Part shown: piece after piece, positions 62,286-64,000 of the stretch
Layout of the letters: each line of letters opens with the position of its first letter
Numbering within the stretch: position 1 is the stretch's first letter
Made by a program: the position numbers and the translations under genes
The notes under the pieces: generated by a model
Seen by the model: only the letters and a program-made list of their open reading frames with translations
The model's database searches: none
Told to the model about the DNA's origin: nothing
NCBI GenBank assembly: GCA_963841435.1
Contig: CAWJCS010000002.1
Span: 928,001-992,000, forward strand
DNA length: 64,000 nt
Source: an uncultured delta proteobacterium
GTDB taxonomy: Bacteria > Myxococcota_A > Polyangia > Polyangiales > Polyangiaceae
Direction of reading: 5' to 3'

Positions 62286-63494
62286 ATGCGGAGGCTCAAT
62301 CTGCTCTTCGTGCTCGCGTGCGGCGCCGGTGTCTGGGGTTGCGGTGGCGGCGCGGGCGTGCCGCTCGGCCAATCGGGCGAGCCCATCGCCGGCGGCGAAC
62401 CGGACACGGAGCATAGTGCGGTATTCCAGGAGTTCACGCACTGGCCCGACACGCACGTGAGCTCGTGCACCGCGACGCTGCTCGCGCCGAACCTGCTGCT
62501 CACGGCGCGCCACTGCGTTTCTCCCGGCGATCACACGGACATCGTGTGTGGCCAGTCGGCGCTCGGCGACACCGTCGCCGCGCGCTCCGCCGTCGTCACG
62601 AACGACGCCTCACCCGGCTCGGGTAGCCTCTTTCATCGCGGCGCCGAGGTGCGCGTACCCAGCGAGGGCAACGACACCTGCGGATTCGACATGGCGCTCA
62701 TCATCCTCGAGGTGCCCATCGCCGCCGACGAGGCGACCCCGGCCATCCCGCGCATCGACGAGGAGGTGCACGTCGGTGAGGCGTACGTCGCCGTCGGCTA
62801 CGGGCAGGACGAGAACGGCGAGCAGACGGCCGGGCGCATGGAGCTCGGCGGCCTGACGGTGCGCTGCGGTGGGGGTCGCTGCGGGAGCGCCGCCGTCACG
62901 AGCACGGAGTTCCTCGGTGATACGGGTGTTTGCTCGGGGGATTCCGGCGGCCCGGCGCTCGACGCCGACGGCAAGGTCGTGGGCGTGGTCTCGCGTGGCT
63001 CGGATCCCTGCGAAACACCCGTCTACGGCTCGGTGGCCTCGTGGGGCGACTGGATCCGCGACACCGCGCTCGGCGCGGCCGCCGTGGGCGGCTACCGCGC
63101 GCCGTTCTGGGCGTTCACCGGTTCTAGCGATCTGCCCGCCGGGCTGCTCGGCGAGGGCGAGGGGTGCTCGTCGGGCGGTGAGTGCGAGCCGGGCCTCGCC
63201 TGCTACTACGACAGCGAGCCGACCACGGCGCGCTGCACGGCGATTTGCGAGAACCGGTCGCAGTGCGCGAGCGGCACCGGATGCGAAAAGGGGTTCGACG
63301 TGCCGGGGGGCGGGCTGTGTCTCGGTGCCCCGGTGCCCTCCGGTGGCGGCGATGCCACCGCCCCGGGCCAGGGCGCCGACGAGGGTTGCACCGTCGCGGG
63401 AGCGGGAGCGCCGCGTTCCCGCGCGGGCTGGCTCGTCGTGCTGCTCGCGCTCGCGGGGCTCGGCCGCCGCCGAGCAAGCCTGGGTCCCGTCTGA
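62286..63494 (+). CDS. Trypsin-like S1 serine protease with MYXO-CTERM-like anchor
   Basis: LTARHC, FDMALI, GDSGGP; Cys-rich domain; GCTVAG...WLVVLLALAGLGRRR. Confidence 0.9.
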   Translation: MRRLNLLFVLACGAGVWGCGGGAGVPLGQSGEPIAGGEPDTEHSAVFQEFTHWPDTHVSSCTATLLAPNLLLTARHCVSPGDHTDIVCGQSALGDTVAARSAVVTNDASPGSGSLFHRGAEVRVPSEGNDTCGFDMALIILEVPIAADEATPAIPRIDEEVHVGEAYVAVGYGQDENGEQTAGRMELGGLTVRCGGGRCGSAAVTSTEFLGDTGVCSGDSGGPALDADGKVVGVVSRGSDPCETPVYGSVASWGDWIRDTALGAAAVGGYRAPFWAFTGSSDLPAGLLGEGEGCSSGGECEPGLACYYDSEPTTARCTAICENRSQCASGTGCEKGFDVPGGGLCLGAPVPSGGGDATAPGQGADEGCTVAGAGAPRSRAGWLVVLLALAGLGRRRASLGPV

Positions 63495-63511
63495 GCCCGC
63501 TCTGCGGTCTG

Positions 63512-63535
63512 CCCGCACCGCGAAAGCGGTGCGGG
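63512..63535. terminator. Strong hairpin, probable terminator
   Basis: CCCGCACCGC-GAAA-GCGGTGCGGG, perfect 10-bp stem between protease stop and the tRNA fragment; no clear U tract. Confidence 0.6.
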
Positions 63536-63537
63536 AG

Positions 63538-63577
63538 TGGAGCCGAGGGGGATCGAACCCCTGACCTCTTCATTGCG
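63538..63577 (-). mobile_element. 3' half of tRNA-Ala(CGC); probable attachment-site remnant
   Basis: Minus strand CGCAATGAAGAGGTCAGGGGTTCGATCCCCCTCGGCTCCA; no D arm or 5' acceptor strand upstream. Confidence 0.8.
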
Positions 63578-63780
63578 CGTGGACGGCGCTGATGCTGATT
63601 CAGCCGGAATGCTGCTGGATTTGAGTTCTGCTGGACCCTTGTGGTGCCGCCGTCGAAGAGCCCGAAGCACCGGTGGCCAACGGCGCGGCGGACGCGCCCG
63701 AAGACGAGCCGAACTCCGATGCAGGGGTGGCGGCGGTGGAGCCGCCGCCCTTTTGAGGAGTCTCCGCGGGTCGGCGCGGA

Positions 63781-64000
63781 TCACGCGGGTGGAGGCTGTC
63801 GGGCGAGGTGCCAGCCGGGCGGTCGCTCCGCGATGACGCGGGCCGGTACGCCGACGACCGTGACGTTGTCCGGCACGTCATGGATCACCGTGGCGCCCGC
63901 ACCCACGACGCTCCAGGCGCCAATCGTGCGCTTCTGGATCACCGTCGCGCCGGTTCCGACGTACGCGCCTTGGCCGACCGTGACGTTGCCGGACAGGCAG
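63781..64000 (-). CDS. C-terminus of NeuD/PglD-type hexapeptide sugar acetyltransferase (absent from ORF track)
   Basis: Manual translation LSGNVTVGQGAYVGTGATVIQKRTIGAWSVVGAGATVIHDVPDNVTVVGVPAR. Confidence 0.85.
   Translation of the reverse strand, partial: CLSGNVTVGQGAYVGTGATVIQKRTIGAWSVVGAGATVIHDVPDNVTVVGVPARVIAERPPGWHLARQPPPA

Noticed and set aside
63538-64000. Intron-containing or split tRNA-Ala
   Set aside because: No 5' exon or intron core seen before the acetyltransferase CDS; att remnant is simpler

Overview
Very GC-rich bacterial chromosome segment whose gene content points to a myxobacterium (Polyangiaceae/Sorangiineae-like): a three-bactofilin cluster, DUF4388 proteins, a Hanks-type kinase next to a TPR/PEGA-like gene, a MYXO-CTERM-like protease and Gly-rich lipoproteins. 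Most of the window is core genome (thymidine phosphorylase, speA, gltX, ccmB, nadD, hisD, trxA, purB, rnj, uppP, uvrB, argC, rpsI, rplM, pcm, tRNA-Cys) interleaved with signalling and envelope genes. No CRISPR array, rRNA, transposase or integrase is visible. The most unusual items are: (1) two 93-bp repeats behind tRNA-Cys, each holding a tRNA-length unit that rebuilds the acceptor stem around a foreign hairpin, the last ending in an encoded CCA; (2) an isolated 3' half of tRNA-Ala(CGC) at 63.5 kb that looks like the attachment-site boundary of an island running off the right edge; (3) a Ser/Thr kinase + TPR/PEGA-like protein + C-type lectin lipoprotein cassette that could be a trans-envelope signalling system; (4) a degenerate MshEN/HD-GYP/REC/DUF4388 protein beside a RomY-like gene; (5) a WYL regulator divergent from thymidine phosphorylase with a repeat-containing spacer. 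Three genes (uvrB, an amidohydrolase, the lectin) each carry a single +1 insertion, most likely consensus errors. All calls come from motif reading; no database search was run, and start codons are best estimates.
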